NCBI RefSeq assembly: GCF_963853765.1
Contig: NC_088862.1
Coordinates: 29,202,001 to 29,266,000 of the forward strand
DNA length: 64,000 nt
Direction of reading: 5' to 3'
From: Magallana gigas
Taxonomy: Eukaryota
Position numbers and translations under genes: made by a program
In this document: positions 1 to 12,932 of the stretch, piece by piece
Layout of the letters: every line of letters starts with the position of its first letter
Position numbering within the stretch: position 1 is the stretch's first letter
Notes under the pieces: model-generated
Seen by the model: the letters and a program-made list of their open reading frames with translations, nothing else
Database searches by the model: none
Told to the model about the DNA's origin: nothing

Positions 1-493
1 TGATCTTTTAGATACTGAACAAAGTATGCAATTTTATTACATCGGCATTCATATGAATTAAATTGATGAACAATGAAAGAAGAAATAAAAAACAATCGGA
101 ATCACGTAACTCTCTTCGGCTATTTCCGAAGACAAAACTTGAACGTTTTACGTCTGAAATATGACGTCATAATGAAGACTGAGCACGCGACGTTTAGTTT
201 AACTTTGACGAATGGTATGAGTAGGCAACCATGTAGGTGGATCCTACTGTGTGCGTTTTAAATAGATTTTATCATACAAAAATCAAACTGCACTGTGTTA
301 AATCTGCGCTCGGTCCACGGTTACATATTACTTCAATTATCACAGTTTTAAATTTTTTTTTTAAAGCAGGAAAATTTGATTTCAAAATTGATAGCGAGAG
401 TTATTTGCCAATGGAAATGTTTTTTATAAAAGACTGTGTAGCCAATATCTTCAAATGACATTTAGAATTAATTGTTATAACATTTTTTTTCAG

Positions 494-3400
494 TGGTTGG
501 TGAAGAAGGCCATTGAAACTAGAGAGGAGATGGGAGACTTCATTCGAGCATTCTCTATATCCCAGTTCAGTAAAACACACAAAATGCCAGAGGTAGGATC
601 TTTACAATTTGTTGTTGCTTGTCTTTAAATCTGACAATTTTGTCATATTTTATCAGGGCTTAAATTTATAAAAAAAAAAACTCTTCTTAAAATTATATTC
701 ATTTTGCATCTGTAGTGAAGGGTATAACAAAACAGTGTTTGACTGGGATTTGGGCAATATATGATTTGTTGGACCTTCAGACACAAATTTTGCCTTCGGC
801 CTTTAGTCTTGAGCAACATTTGTGTCTAAAGGGCGGTCCAACAAATCACAAATTGATCTCATACCAAGTCAATAACTGTATTTTACATTGTACCTTTTAC
901 ACAGTAATAATTTGGTATCAATCAGTATTTTATTGTCTTGACTGCAGGATGTGGTGTTTGAAGAAATGAAAGAAAAAGCCACTAACTCTGTTTCTGAAGT
1001 CAAGGTTTGTATGAGCTATTTGAGCTATTAGTGGACTTCTTAGTCATGCAAACACATACACTGACTCATAGCCTCAATCATTTGAATTCATCAAAAAAAT
1101 ATAAGACTCCTTATCAGATAAATTGTGAGGTTTGTTAAAACTCTAAACTTGCAACCTTTTTCATGTTGATCAAGTGTTGAATGTTGATACAGCAGGGTAT
1201 TCAGTTCTCTGTGACCATCAGATCAGATACAACATAATGTTGAATTATTTGTGACCAATCAGATCTCATACAGGATAATGTTGTATTATTTGTGACCAAT
1301 CAGATCTCATACAGCATAATGTTGTATTCCCTGTGACCAATCAGATCTCATACAGCATAATGTTGTATTATTTGTGACCAATCAGATCTCATACAGCATA
1401 ATGTTGTATTGTCTGTGACCAATCAGATCTCATAGAGCATAGTGTTGTATTATCAGTAACCAATCAGATCTCATACAGCATAATGTTGTATTATCTTTGA
1501 CCAATCAGATCTCATTGTTAGCTTAGTTCACAAGAAGTGTGTGAAGCAAAGCGTAGTGCATAAAATTCCGTTTTTGATATTGTTATGATTTTCATACATA
1601 GGAAGTGTATAAACCACAGCGACGCTACAAGAGACAGAACGTGGACTCGCTGAAAGATGAAGAGACTCGAGTCCACTCAACTCTCCTTGAGTATGGCAGG
1701 TGAGTTCTCAATCTGTCATCATGCTACGTCTTGCTCATTAATTTTGAATTTCATATAATTTAATTCTGGTTGTAACACGCTTTCTGATTGGTTTAAAAAT
1801 GTATTTTATATCGTATAAAGAATGTTGCCTACGTCATAGTAAGACAAACGTCAAAAACATATCAATCCGCCTGACGTTACGTTTGAATTTTGTACAATTT
1901 GATGTCATTTTATAGACCAAATGACTGTTTTTATCAACAATTGATAGGAACAAAATTAAATTATAAGGAATGAATTCAATATTTATTAGTTTTATACGAT
2001 ATAAAATGGTTTGGAACAGTTTACGCTTTTTTATAAACCGCTTCGCGGTTTATAAAGCGTAAACTGCCCCAAACCATTTTATATCGTATAAAACTAATAA
2101 ATATTGAATTCATACCTTAAGTAAATCTATAACCAGTTAGGAATTAAATTTTGATGTGAAATATCCAATGAAAAATTTTCATTACTTAGTAATTCATAAA
2201 AATGTTAATAATTCTTTAGTTTTGATTAGAGAAAAAAGGAAGAAAAAAGAAATCGAATTGTACTTTTTTGTCTAAACGTATAGAAATTTACATTAAATGG
2301 AGTAAAAAAAAAAAAAATTTATTTTGTGTATTTCAGGAGATATGGATTGAGTAAATCAGATACATCTGAACAGGTATAATACACACTCATTGAATCACCA
2401 AAATGGTTCTTAAATTTTTCATAACATTTGAATTGAAGATAGAGACATTTTTCATCATGTTAATCAGAGAAATTTTATTTTTGCAATCTAATGTAGTTGT
2501 AAATTGAATATTGGATTGAGATATGTCATATGATATTACAATGTACTTGGGAATATTTATATCATTTTAAATTTTGATATACAAAATTAAAGAAAGTTTA
2601 TTTCAAATGAAATGAAGAACATGTAATGCATATATTTGAAACTGAAAAACATCATTCAATGCATTTTCATTCAATACATGTATATTATATAAAATAAAGA
2701 ATTAATAAACCTTCATTACATTTAATTAGAACTAAAAATTTCATTCATGAATGCAGTACCTACATGTATATAAATAAATTGATCTTTTTTCTTTTACAGG
2801 ATGGGGACAAAAGTGCTAAGAAAAAAGCAGCTGCAGCAAGTCTTGGAGGTCAACAGGAAATGACCCCTGAACAGCTGCAGGCAGAGGAGGAGGTATTTTA
2901 TTAATTTTTTTTTTCGATTAATTTTATTAGCTTTACATGTAGATATTTAATCATTTTAAAACTATAGAGTTATGTAAGTTTTGATAGATTTTTTGGCAAT
3001 TTTTGTTTGTTGGTAAATACTGAAACAGTACTTTAAAAGTATTTCATGTTTTTAAGGATTGCATAGAGAGTTAAAACTTTTGAAATTGATCTGTAAAAAC
3101 AATCCAGTTTTTGAGAAGTTTTTGGCAATAGTATTGGTTTATTGATTAATACAGATCTAGATATTTAGAGCATTGTTTTGACATATTGTAACATTCTTGT
3201 AATGTTAATGTCTTAATGAGTCATATCAAATTGATATTTTACAATTTTAGAAAAAAATTCAGAAGTTGATGTCAGGAATGGCGGGATTCCAAGAGGTAGG
3301 TGTATCGTTATATTCAGAGGCCTGATGATCGACAGCTCCCAGGTAGTGTGCTGCTTGTAGAGTACTATCAACCAACTTTCATTCGCCTGAAAGAAAGTTC

Positions 3401-6400
3401 TGCAGGGTTAGCAAGAGCCTCGTCATCGCAAGCATTTCTTGCCGCAAACAAGTCCTCAAATGTCATGGGTATATCTTGCGGTGAATCAGTTTTTATTCCA
3501 TAAATTGCAAATTAAGGTTATTGGGAGTAAAATTTGGTATTTATAATTACAGTATTTTACCAAACAGACCTGCATATGTATAGATCGTGTGATGGGATTT
3601 TTTTTTTAATAAGCAAAGAGTATACATGAGTGTAATTGCAAATGATAATTGTCATACCAGAGGCTACCTTTCATGAACAAAAAGTTAAGAGTGGGCTGTG
3701 TTTGTGAAGTTAGAAACTAAAGAATCAATTCACATTCATGTTCACATTTTTAATTCTGAAGGGGGAATTGTTTGTCTTTTGGAAATCTTGTGCATCTTGT
3801 TTTATATCTAGTGTTAAATATTCAATGATTTAAAGTACTGAAAAAAAGATTGAAAAAAACCGAGTCATTATAGATTTTAATTTGTTTCCCTTTCTTATTT
3901 TAACAAAGTCTGGTAGAAGACGGGTAAATATTTGGTGCATATTTGTATGTATTTTAATAAACTCCTTGAGTTATTATTTTATTTATTCAATTTATTTCAT
4001 TTTTTTATATATAATTATGTATTAGTATTTCATTTTAATTTGGATTTTGTTTTATATGGAGAAGTACTCTGCCTTATATTAAAAAAAAATAGAAAAAAAA
4101 ACTATCCTGTTTCAACAATAAACATTTTTAGAATCATTTTCTTTTTGGTTGATTCTGATAAATTTTTCAACATTTTCATGTTCTTCCTTCTAATTATATT
4201 AAAGTTTGAAATTATGTTTTGTGAATAAAAAATTAAATTATCATGCAAATTAATACTATAAGTGTTTTACTTTATGCACACATTCAATCAATAACAGTTT
4301 TAGACCTTTTAGTACATTTATAAATATATATATACATTTAATGTTGAAATTTTCATTACAGACTGAATATTATATATTGCACTCTTGTACACATTTACTA
4401 TTTCTAAAAACATATTGTTTTATAATACCTGGTACCTAGTAAACAATACACACCTGGATATTTTAAAATACTTAACGGTTACAAATATGTTGTTGCATGC
4501 AGCATATCAGTATTCAATTTGTTGTTTGTGAATTCATGTTATTTTCAGTAATTATATATGCACCTGAATCTAACTTTAGGTATTGAAATGGGGGTAAGGG
4601 GGTGGATTTAATAGAAATTCATTTTATCTTTGTGTCATTTTGATTGGATGTTGTGCTTTGCTTATTGGTTGTTCCAGCAAATATTCAATAGGTGTATGAT
4701 TATAACCATTATGATACTATTTGTGTTTTTACAGCAACTAATGTCTGTAGATTTATTTGTTCATTTTTGTTGAGTTTGATTGCATTGTGGATAAATTTCT
4801 ATGCATGCAGGATAAATTATCAGCGAGTGCAGTGGGGTCAATAGTAGGCATGAAATCAGAGGAAATTCAGCAGATAGCTTCTCACTACGAAGAAAAAGTA
4901 AGTTGTCAAAGATGAATTAAACTTTTGCACAAAATCCATGTTATCATTTTAAAATTTTTTTTCTTTTCATGTAGATGCATAACTGCATACCTTTGTAGAA
5001 AAATGTGGGTTGACAGGTAGCAGAGCAACAAGGCCTTACCTGCGAAACACTCATGACAAATTACATACTGTAAATTCCTAATTAAATGCAAGGAATTAAT
5101 GTCCACATAAAATTGCGAAAAGCATTCTCACGGATTTTAAAATCTCGCTTTTATTTTTTGGACAGATGTAAACTATTTGGAATTATGAAAACAATTTTGC
5201 TTTTGTGATTTTATATTCTCGCGATTTGATGCAAAACCATTAAATTGCAGAATTAAGTACTCGCAGAAAAGAAGGAATCTACAGTAATATGGCCTGTCAG
5301 CCAGAACTTTCCTTTATAGTTGTGCATCTTTGCTAGCCAAGTGTCTGCTTCATATAGAATGAGATGATAAAAGCGAATCGGACCCTAGGCTAAAAAAAAG
5401 ATGGAAGTTTGGCAGTTATTTTTAATGTAGAATTTTATTAAGAATGACTCCTTGTGTTATTTTGATATACTCCAATTGCAAGTCAGCCGTGGTTTCAATT
5501 TGATGTGTTTTTAAGCTTATTGGTGTTGAAGATTCAATTTGTATTGTAAATAAATGTGCAAGTCCTCTTTTGCCTTTGACATGTAACAGCTGTTTTGAAA
5601 TTATATGTTCTACATAAATTATAATGATAAATTGGCATATTCTGTATTTCATCTTGCTCTTTATTAAATTTAATCAGTAATTGTTAAATAGGTGAATTTC
5701 CTTCATGATATTAGGGGGAATGTATTATAAGATATTTTACAACTTACAAGATGATTATCAAATTATACCAAAAGTCCATGCAGAAAGCTAAGCATAGCAT
5801 CATCTATTCAAGAACCTCATTTGATATATTTTTTTTAATTTCCAATTCCACCAGAAATCAGAGATTGAGCAGATTGAGAAATCAGAGCGAGTTGGCGGCA
5901 CTCAACATCACAAGAGAATGACAGCAGCTCTAAGTAAACAGATACAACAACAAACAGATAAGTTACAGCAGGTATGATAAGTAAACAGATACAGCATCAA
6001 ACAGATAAGTTACAGCAGGTATGATAAGTAAAAAGATACAACAACAAACAGATAAGTTACAGCAGGTACGATAAGTAAACAGATACAACAACATACAGAT
6101 AAGTTACAGCAGGTACGATAAGTAAACAGATACAACAACAAACAGATAAGTTACAGCAGGTACGATAAGTAAACAGATACAACAACATACAGATAAGTTA
6201 CAGCAGGTATGATAAGTAAACAGACACAACAACAAACAGATAAGTTACAGCAGGTATGTTAAGTTAACAGATACAACAACAAACAGATAAGTTACAGCAG
6301 GTAATATGTCAAATATGTCCATAATGAATGAGCATAGCAACAGACAAATAGGTAACAGCGGTAATGTGTCCATAGTGAACAAATACAACAAAAAACGTAA

Positions 6401-9400
6401 TACATAATTGCGGTAGGTATGATTTACATGTTCAAAACTAACAGCATTCAAAATATAGCAGGTAAGGTAGCCATAGCAACCAAAACACTTTTGATGTTAT
6501 CTTGTTGCAAACAAAATGAAAGCTAGACAAGTTTAGACAATTTCAACTTATTTTGCAATTTTTTTTTTGTCTGAAGAATAGATTTGAGCTACCCTGCATC
6601 TAAGTTATTAGATACATGTAATACCATTTTATTCTTGAGAGGTTTTGGACAGGTGTAAAATTCCAGTTTCTTAGAGCTTTTTAAGTGATGTACAGTTTAA
6701 ATTATTTGTATGCTTTGAATTTCAAAGATTTTTGTTACTTTACATCAAGTTTATTAACCATTTTACTATAGAGTCCTAATTAAGTGGAAGAAATTAATAA
6801 TCATTCTGCAGACAATTTTGAGAATCACCCCATGCAGATTTTAAAATTTCTCTATCATTTTCCTGACACTTGTGAAATTGCATTTTATTACAGTATTCAT
6901 GCTCAATTTATCTTAATTCACAGATTCAAGCAAAGCATGATGACCTTCACAAAGTTTACCTTGAAACTCAAGAAAAACTCAAGCAGGTAAGTTGATCTGT
7001 GTTTGCAAGAATTACATAATAGGCTTCTTATTATGCATAAAAGTATGCATTTCAGGTAACAAATATAACTTTTGAAATTAGTTTTGCATTTATCATAATC
7101 ATGGGGAATAGCCCCCCCAAATTGTGTCTTATAGTTTACCTATAAATAGTTGACAATCCACAATTTTTACCTTTACTTAGTGAAACATGATTGATTTCAC
7201 AAGCTATTTACAATTACTGTAACTATACCAAATTAGTTTTTGCCCATGTAATTTTCGCCATTCTACTCTTGCGAGCAGTTTTGCCTCATATTGAATTCAT
7301 CAGGGCACAGTTGTATTTAAAGAGAGATAATATGAAACTTAAGAATTTGCCCAGTCATAAATTTGCCTACTGACAAAGAAGGCAAAAGGGGCGAAAACCA
7401 AATGAGGGCGAATATTTCCATGCATACAGTACTGTTAATTTGTATGTTACTCTTTAATTATTAATGTTTCATGATTGTAGGTTAGACATCGCAGTGGAAG
7501 GATTGACGAGGAAATGCTGAAGTTAACGGAAACGGAGACAGAGGAAAATCAGGGGTAAGAAAAATGCTACTGTGGTTTCATCAATATCCGTTGAATACCA
7601 ATTTTCGTGGATTTTGTTCTTAAGTTGATCCACGAAATTAAATGTTCATTGAAGTTCAATTTCAACTAACGTTTTGTATTGATAAGATCATTGGCCACGA
7701 ATTTACGTATCCTTGAAAATGTGGTTTTCAGAAAATCCACGAAAATTGGTACCCACGAAAATTAATGAAACCACAGTATTTTCACTTTAATTGAATTGAT
7801 ATGAAGCTGTATACATGTAACAAAGGAACAAATATAAAATCATTTTGACAATCCAAAATGGATATGATTTTGTTCATTGACAAATTTCGTTGGCAAAAAT
7901 CATGTTAACAAATGATCAGAAAGAGGATAACAATTTGTGATTTAGACTACAAGGTTAGGTTGGGGTTAAACCCCCCCCCCCCCAAAAAAAAAGATGTAAA
8001 CATTATCAACGCTTTCTAGTGTTGAATATAACAAACCTTAAGTTTATTAATTTGTAATGATCAAATATCCATTCAGCTATTACTTTCACTAAAAAAAAGT
8101 TACAAACCAAAAAAATAAACCCACAATCATGCATGAAAACACAAAGCAATTTTACTGATATATGCACGATCCCACACGTTATACAAACAATCACCCACGT
8201 ACGGTACACAAACTATTTATTGGTAACATGATTGGCTTGTCAACAATAATGTTGTTACCACCGTACACATGACTATAAAATTACAGTAAAACTGTTGTGA
8301 TGTTTGTTACAATTAGCTGTGTACATGAAATTTCAAATATCATATCAGTTACCACTTTGTCTAAGTAACAGGGCTTGAACTTTCATTGTTAATTTATATG
8401 TTTTCTAATCTGAAAATGATTCAGAAGGGGATATAGGTCAAGGAAAAGCAGTTAACAAGAAAGGTCATGGTAGTGCATCGTAATAAATACATGTACATGT
8501 ACCCGAGACTTATATCAAATTGTCATTATTCCACAAAAAAAAGATTATTCAGTTTAATGTAAAGCATTTTGAAATTAAGTGAATATTTCTCAAAACGAAT
8601 TGGGGTCTGTTTAGTGTATCACATAATAATTATCAAAGATCATCTAAAGGCAAGCTAAAAGGCCATGAAAAAAATAGGAGCAAAGCAGTCTTTTACTAAA
8701 TTCAGAGTTGCATTTTGTTTTGCTCTAACACATAGTTTTACAGGCATTGTTTCACAGTTCTATGAACTACATTTTGTTTTGTGCTAACACAGAGTTTTAC
8801 AGGCCTTGTTTTACAGTTCTATGAACTATATTTTGTTTTGTGCTAACACAGAGTTTTACAGGCCTTGTTTCACAGTTCCATGAACTACATTTTGTTTTAT
8901 GCCAACACAGAGTTTTACAGGCCTTGTTTCACAGTTCCATGAACTACATTTTGTTTTTTTCTAACACAGAGCTTTACAGGCCTTGTTTCACAGTTCCATG
9001 AACTACATTTTGTTTTTTTCTAACACAGAGTTTTACAGGCCTTGTTTCAAAGTTCCATGAACTACATTTTGTTTTTTTCTAACACAGAGTTTTACAGACC
9101 TTGTTTCACAGTTATATGAACAACGTTTTGTTTTGTTCTAACACAGAGTTCTACAGAATCTGCGCTCTCTGGTGGCTATGAACGAGAACCTGAAGAAACA
9201 GGAGCAGGACTTTAAGGCCCACTGTAAGGAGGAGATGGCACGACTCAAGGCCCAGATCGAGGAGCTGAAGGAGGGTGCACAGGAGGAGGACTCAGAGGAC
9301 AAGGTCAATATAATGCAGAGTCAGCAGGTGTTGGAGGAGATGGGGGGGGGGGGTGTAAAAGGTTGTCATTGTCATTCATCTTGTTGAAAGGTGTCTCTGA

Positions 9401-12400
9401 ATATTTTTTGGTTGGAGCGTCATTCATAGTCACATGCTTAATTCATGGTCACAGTGGATAAACACAATATGTATAATGCTTATGGCAAAGTCGGTTTCAT
9501 TTCCATGCAGGTGTTGGGGGAGGGGATATGATTGTATGAAACATTTTCATTCAATTTGTTGAGAGGTATCTCTCGAATTAGTTTGATTTGAGCTTCATTC
9601 ATGGTCACAGACAACACAACTCAGTTTCATTTCCATGAGTCTTCTTTTAAGGTTTAATTTTAGTAATGTGTATTTGATTTATTAACAAAATACATATAAT
9701 TTTATATTAAATTAGAACTATTTCTTCCTAGTACATGTATATCCAAAATTTAAAAAATAGCAATATTCAATTGTTTTTTATTGCAGTTATAGAATTGGAG
9801 CTAATGCATGGTACATGTACATGTCCTTTTTATGAGAGAGATTACCCACACAAAGATGAAGTTCTAAAAATAATTATTTACAAATTCACAAATATCTTTT
9901 CAGAAATAAAATTTAATCAAGTATGATTTTGTTTTGACAGGCCAGAGCCAGTTTGATTGACAAGCAATATGAGGCAGATAGGGAGAAACTCCACAAAATC
10001 AGACTGCTGTTGGTAAGAAGTCTCATTATCTGCTGAAATTTACCTCCTGATTTGGGGGGATTTTCTTGAGTTGATCCTCAGATATGTTTATCCACATGTC
10101 AAAATTATGCTAATAATCTTGTTCCAATATGGGAGTCCATCTTCAAACATGTTTACTGACTTATAAAAATATAATTATAATAACATTTTTCCAATATTGT
10201 GAGTCCATCCTTAAACATCTATATCAACATTTTTAATTTTCTTATAAACTTCTCCAATGTGAAAACTTTCATTCTTTAATACCTGTATTTATTTACAAGT
10301 ACTTTTTTTAAACCTGGAATATTTTATTTATTATGACTCTTAATCCAAACATTAATGCTTTCAGGCAAGGAAGACCAGGGAGATAGCAGTTCTTCAGAGG
10401 AAGATTGACGATGTGCCGTCCCGAGCAGAACTTAGTCAGTACCAGCGACGCTTCATTGAGCTTTACAACCAAGGTTGGTTGTTATTTTCTGTGTTCCTTA
10501 AGTCCTATCTTTTCAGCAGTAATTGGTCACTTGTTCCTTACCTCTTTTGGTTTACACTGCCAAAGTCGATGTTTTTACTGCAATAAAGAAACAAGTCTCA
10601 ATTACAGTTAAGAAATGACAAATTAGTAATAAAATCTTTTTTTTATTTTGATAATTTAGGACCATATATTGCATTGAAATAATTACATTACATGTTAGGC
10701 TTTAAACCATATAATCCAAATTTTGCATTTATGATTTGGGCCACATATTGCATTTTAGTTTAAATTATTTCACAGTTCATTCATTTTGATAATTTTGGAC
10801 CACACATTACAGAAGAATAATCTGACTTTTTGTGTAATATGTTACAGTTGCGGCCACCCACACAGAGACGAAGCAGTTTTACACATTGTACAACACGCTG
10901 GATGACACCAAGATGTACCTGAACAAAGAAGTCAGCCTTCTCAACTCCATACACGATAACTTCAGACAGTAAGTCAAGATTGATGTACAGTTGTTATTTA
11001 ATACTCAGTTTCGTTGGTCCAGTTGTATCTAAACAAAGATGTCAGCCTTCTCAACTCCATTCATGATAATTTCAACAGTAAGTCAAGACTGATGAAATTT
11101 GTTAATGCTCAGGTAAGTTGGCCCAGTTGTACCTGATTAAAGATGTCAGTCTTCTCAACTTCATCCATAATTATTATAACTTTAGACAGTTAGTCAAGAC
11201 TGATGTACAGTTGTAATTTAATACTCAGTTTAGTTGGTCCAGTTGTACCTGGAATAAAAAGAAGACAGTCTGCTCAACTCCATCCATGATAACTTCAATC
11301 AGTAATTCAAGACTGATGTGCTGTCGTAATTTGAATGTTCATTTTAGTTGGCTCATTTGTACCTAAAAAAGAAGTCGGTTCCTCTCAACTTCATCCACTA
11401 TCATAACTTAAGACTGTGAGTCAAGCCTGATGTAAAGTTATTATTTGTAAAGCTTAGTTTCGTTCACTGAATTGTACCTAAAAATGACGTAAGCCTTCTC
11501 AACTCTATTCACAATAACTTTATACATTAAATCAAGATTGATGTAAATTTGTAACACTTTTAGTTAGCCCAGTTGTACCTTAAAAAAAGAGGTCAGTCTT
11601 CTCAACTCCATATACGATAAGTTTTGGACTAAATTTTAGTTGTAATGTTATTTGTTTCACCCAGTAAATTTGTTAGCCCAGTTGTACCTGAACAAAGAAG
11701 TCAGTCATCTTAACTCCATAAATAATAACTCCAGACACTAATTTAAGTCAAAACTGATGACACTTTATGAAATTGGTGAAATGGTGTGTGCAGTTTCATT
11801 TGGCCATTCTTTCAAAATGTACATGTATTTTAACACAGTAAAGCAAGAAGAACAACAAAAATTTAAAAAATGCAAGTTATAATTGGTTCAAATTTGAAAA
11901 GGAATGTGGGATAAAAAGATTTTTTCTTTGTATTTTAGGGCAATGGCTAACCCAGGTGCAAAGGAGCAATTCCTGAAGCAGTTTGAAAACATTGTGGAGG
12001 GCATCAAACAAAATAAAGCTAAGGTCAGTATTACCATACACAAGTTGAAAAGTTTTCCTTGTTTAAAAAGCTAATTCTATATTTCTGTACAATGCATTTC
12101 AATTGACCCTTTGTCCTCTTTGAAATATTTATTTTAAATGTTAATTTCAATTGACTTTTTATTTTTTTTAAAATATTTTTTTAAGTTGGCTGAATTTTTG
12201 GGGAAATTTTTTATATTGATTTTCAAGGTCTTGATTCGAGGCTAGTAGTGCTAAATATATGTTCTAGTATAAAAGTTTGTTTTTTCTTTTGATGATCTAG
12301 CTTGAGAAACGGAAACAGGAAGAGAAGATGAAACGGGACCAGTTCAACGACCAGTATCTGGACTTGGTGGAAAAGCAGAGGCTGTATTTCAAAACTGTCA

Positions 12401-12581
12401 AAGACTTTAAAGAGGTAAATGCCTGAATTCATTTAAATGATTTTTTTCATAATTTTATTAAATTCTGATGTTTTAAATGTATGGGCTAAAATCAAAGAAA
12501 GATTTTTTTTTCAAAGAAACATTTCCTTTTTTCCAGGAATGTCGCAAAAATGAAATGCTGCTTAGTAAATTAAAGAAATGA
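494..12581 (+). CDS. CCDC93: Coiled-coil domain-containing protein 93 (CCC/Commander complex subunit); 17 coding exons in window, 5'-truncated
   Basis: GT-AG exons 494-592, 948-1004, 1602-1699, 2337-2373, 2800-2892, 3251-3295, 4811-4897, 5855-5971, 6924-6986, 7481-7554, 9147-9303, 9941-10012, 10365-10473, 10848-10968, 11939-12023, 12301-12414, 12537-12581 are phase-compatible and total 1473 nt (490 aa + TGA). Peptides such as [79 protein letters not shown] and [33 protein letters not shown] match vertebrate CCDC93 as I recall it. AATAAA at 12745. Confidence 0.95.
1211..1515. repeat. 41-bp minisatellite, ~7.5 units, in a CCDC93 intron
   Basis: Unit GTGACCAATCAGATCTCATACAGCATAATGTTGTATTATTT starts at 1211, 1251, 1292, 1333, 1374, 1415, 1456 and ~1497 (partial). 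Confidence 0.92.
1964..2119. mobile_element. Long foldback hairpin (~75-bp arms, TTC loop), likely the end of a non-autonomous DNA element extending to ~1730
   Basis: Arms 1964-2041 and 2045-2119 are near-perfect reverse complements (AATATTTATTAGTTTTATACGATATAAAATGGTTTG / CAAACCATTTTATATCGTATAAAACTAATAAATATT). Confidence 0.75.
5066..5286. mobile_element. MITE, TA-flanked (Tc1/mariner-type ends)
   Basis: Ends TACTGTAAATTCCT ... AGGAATCTACAGTA (14-bp inverted repeat, 1 mismatch). Confidence 0.7.
5931..6305 (+). repeat. 47-bp tandem array (8 units) copying a CCDC93 exon end plus 5' splice site
   Basis: Unit TAAGTAAACAGATACAACAACAAACAGATAAGTTACAGCAG|GTATGA at an exact 47-bp period from 5931 to 6260; unit 1 overlaps exon 5855-5971. 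Confidence 0.95.
7215..7431. mobile_element. MITE (TACTGT...ACAGTA); related copies at 41067-41275 and ~17705-17838 (partial)
   Basis: Shared internal motifs TTTAAAGAGAGATAAT and GGCGAAAA...GGGCGAATATT in the copies; TA-bounded inverted ends here. Confidence 0.7.
7568..7778. mobile_element. MITE, TA-flanked
   Basis: Perfect 14-bp TIR TACTGTGGTTTCAT ... ATGAAACCACAGTA; internal CCACGAA/TTCGTGG subrepeats. Confidence 0.8.
8713..9156 (+). repeat. 59-bp tandem array (8 acceptor-bearing units) copying a CCDC93 3' splice site
   Basis: Unit TTTTGTTTTGTGCTAACACAG|AGTTTTACAGGCCTTGTTTCACAGTTCCATGAACTACA starts at 8713, 8772, 8831, 8890, 8949, 9008, 9067 and 9126. The last unit is the real acceptor of exon 9147-9303. 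Confidence 0.93.
10914..11760 (+). repeat. ~105-120-bp degenerate tandem array (8 units) copying a CCDC93 exon end plus donor
   Basis: Each unit starts TGTACCT..AAAGA.GTCAG.CTTCTCAACTCCAT, matching the last ~55 nt of exon 10848-10968; most are followed by a GTAAGTCAAGA-like donor copy. Confidence 0.9.
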
Positions 12582-12932
12582 CATTTATTACGAGGGATGG
12601 AACTGAGAAAAGGACTATTTCTATGAACAATGAAGACATTAACGTTGGAAAACCATAATATATATTGATATAATCATGATTTTTGTATGCTTTGCATGTA
12701 ATTAAACATCTGTACATGCACGCTACATCTACAATCTCAACAGCAATAAAAATTTCTTTACAAAAATATATGTTGTTGTCATGAATATTAAACACAGAAA
12801 TTCATGGACGATTTGGTTAATTCTATAACTTCTACATGTTTTTATCACAATTGCATGTAGGTGCTGAAAAAAGTTTATATTTAATTCATATATATATCAT
12901 AATGGTCTTACCTGTATTTAATTGGTTATTGA

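Noticed and set aside
9172-9387. 71-aa [13 protein letters not shown]...
   Set aside because: It is CCDC93 exon 9147-9303 read through into the intron, not a separate gene.
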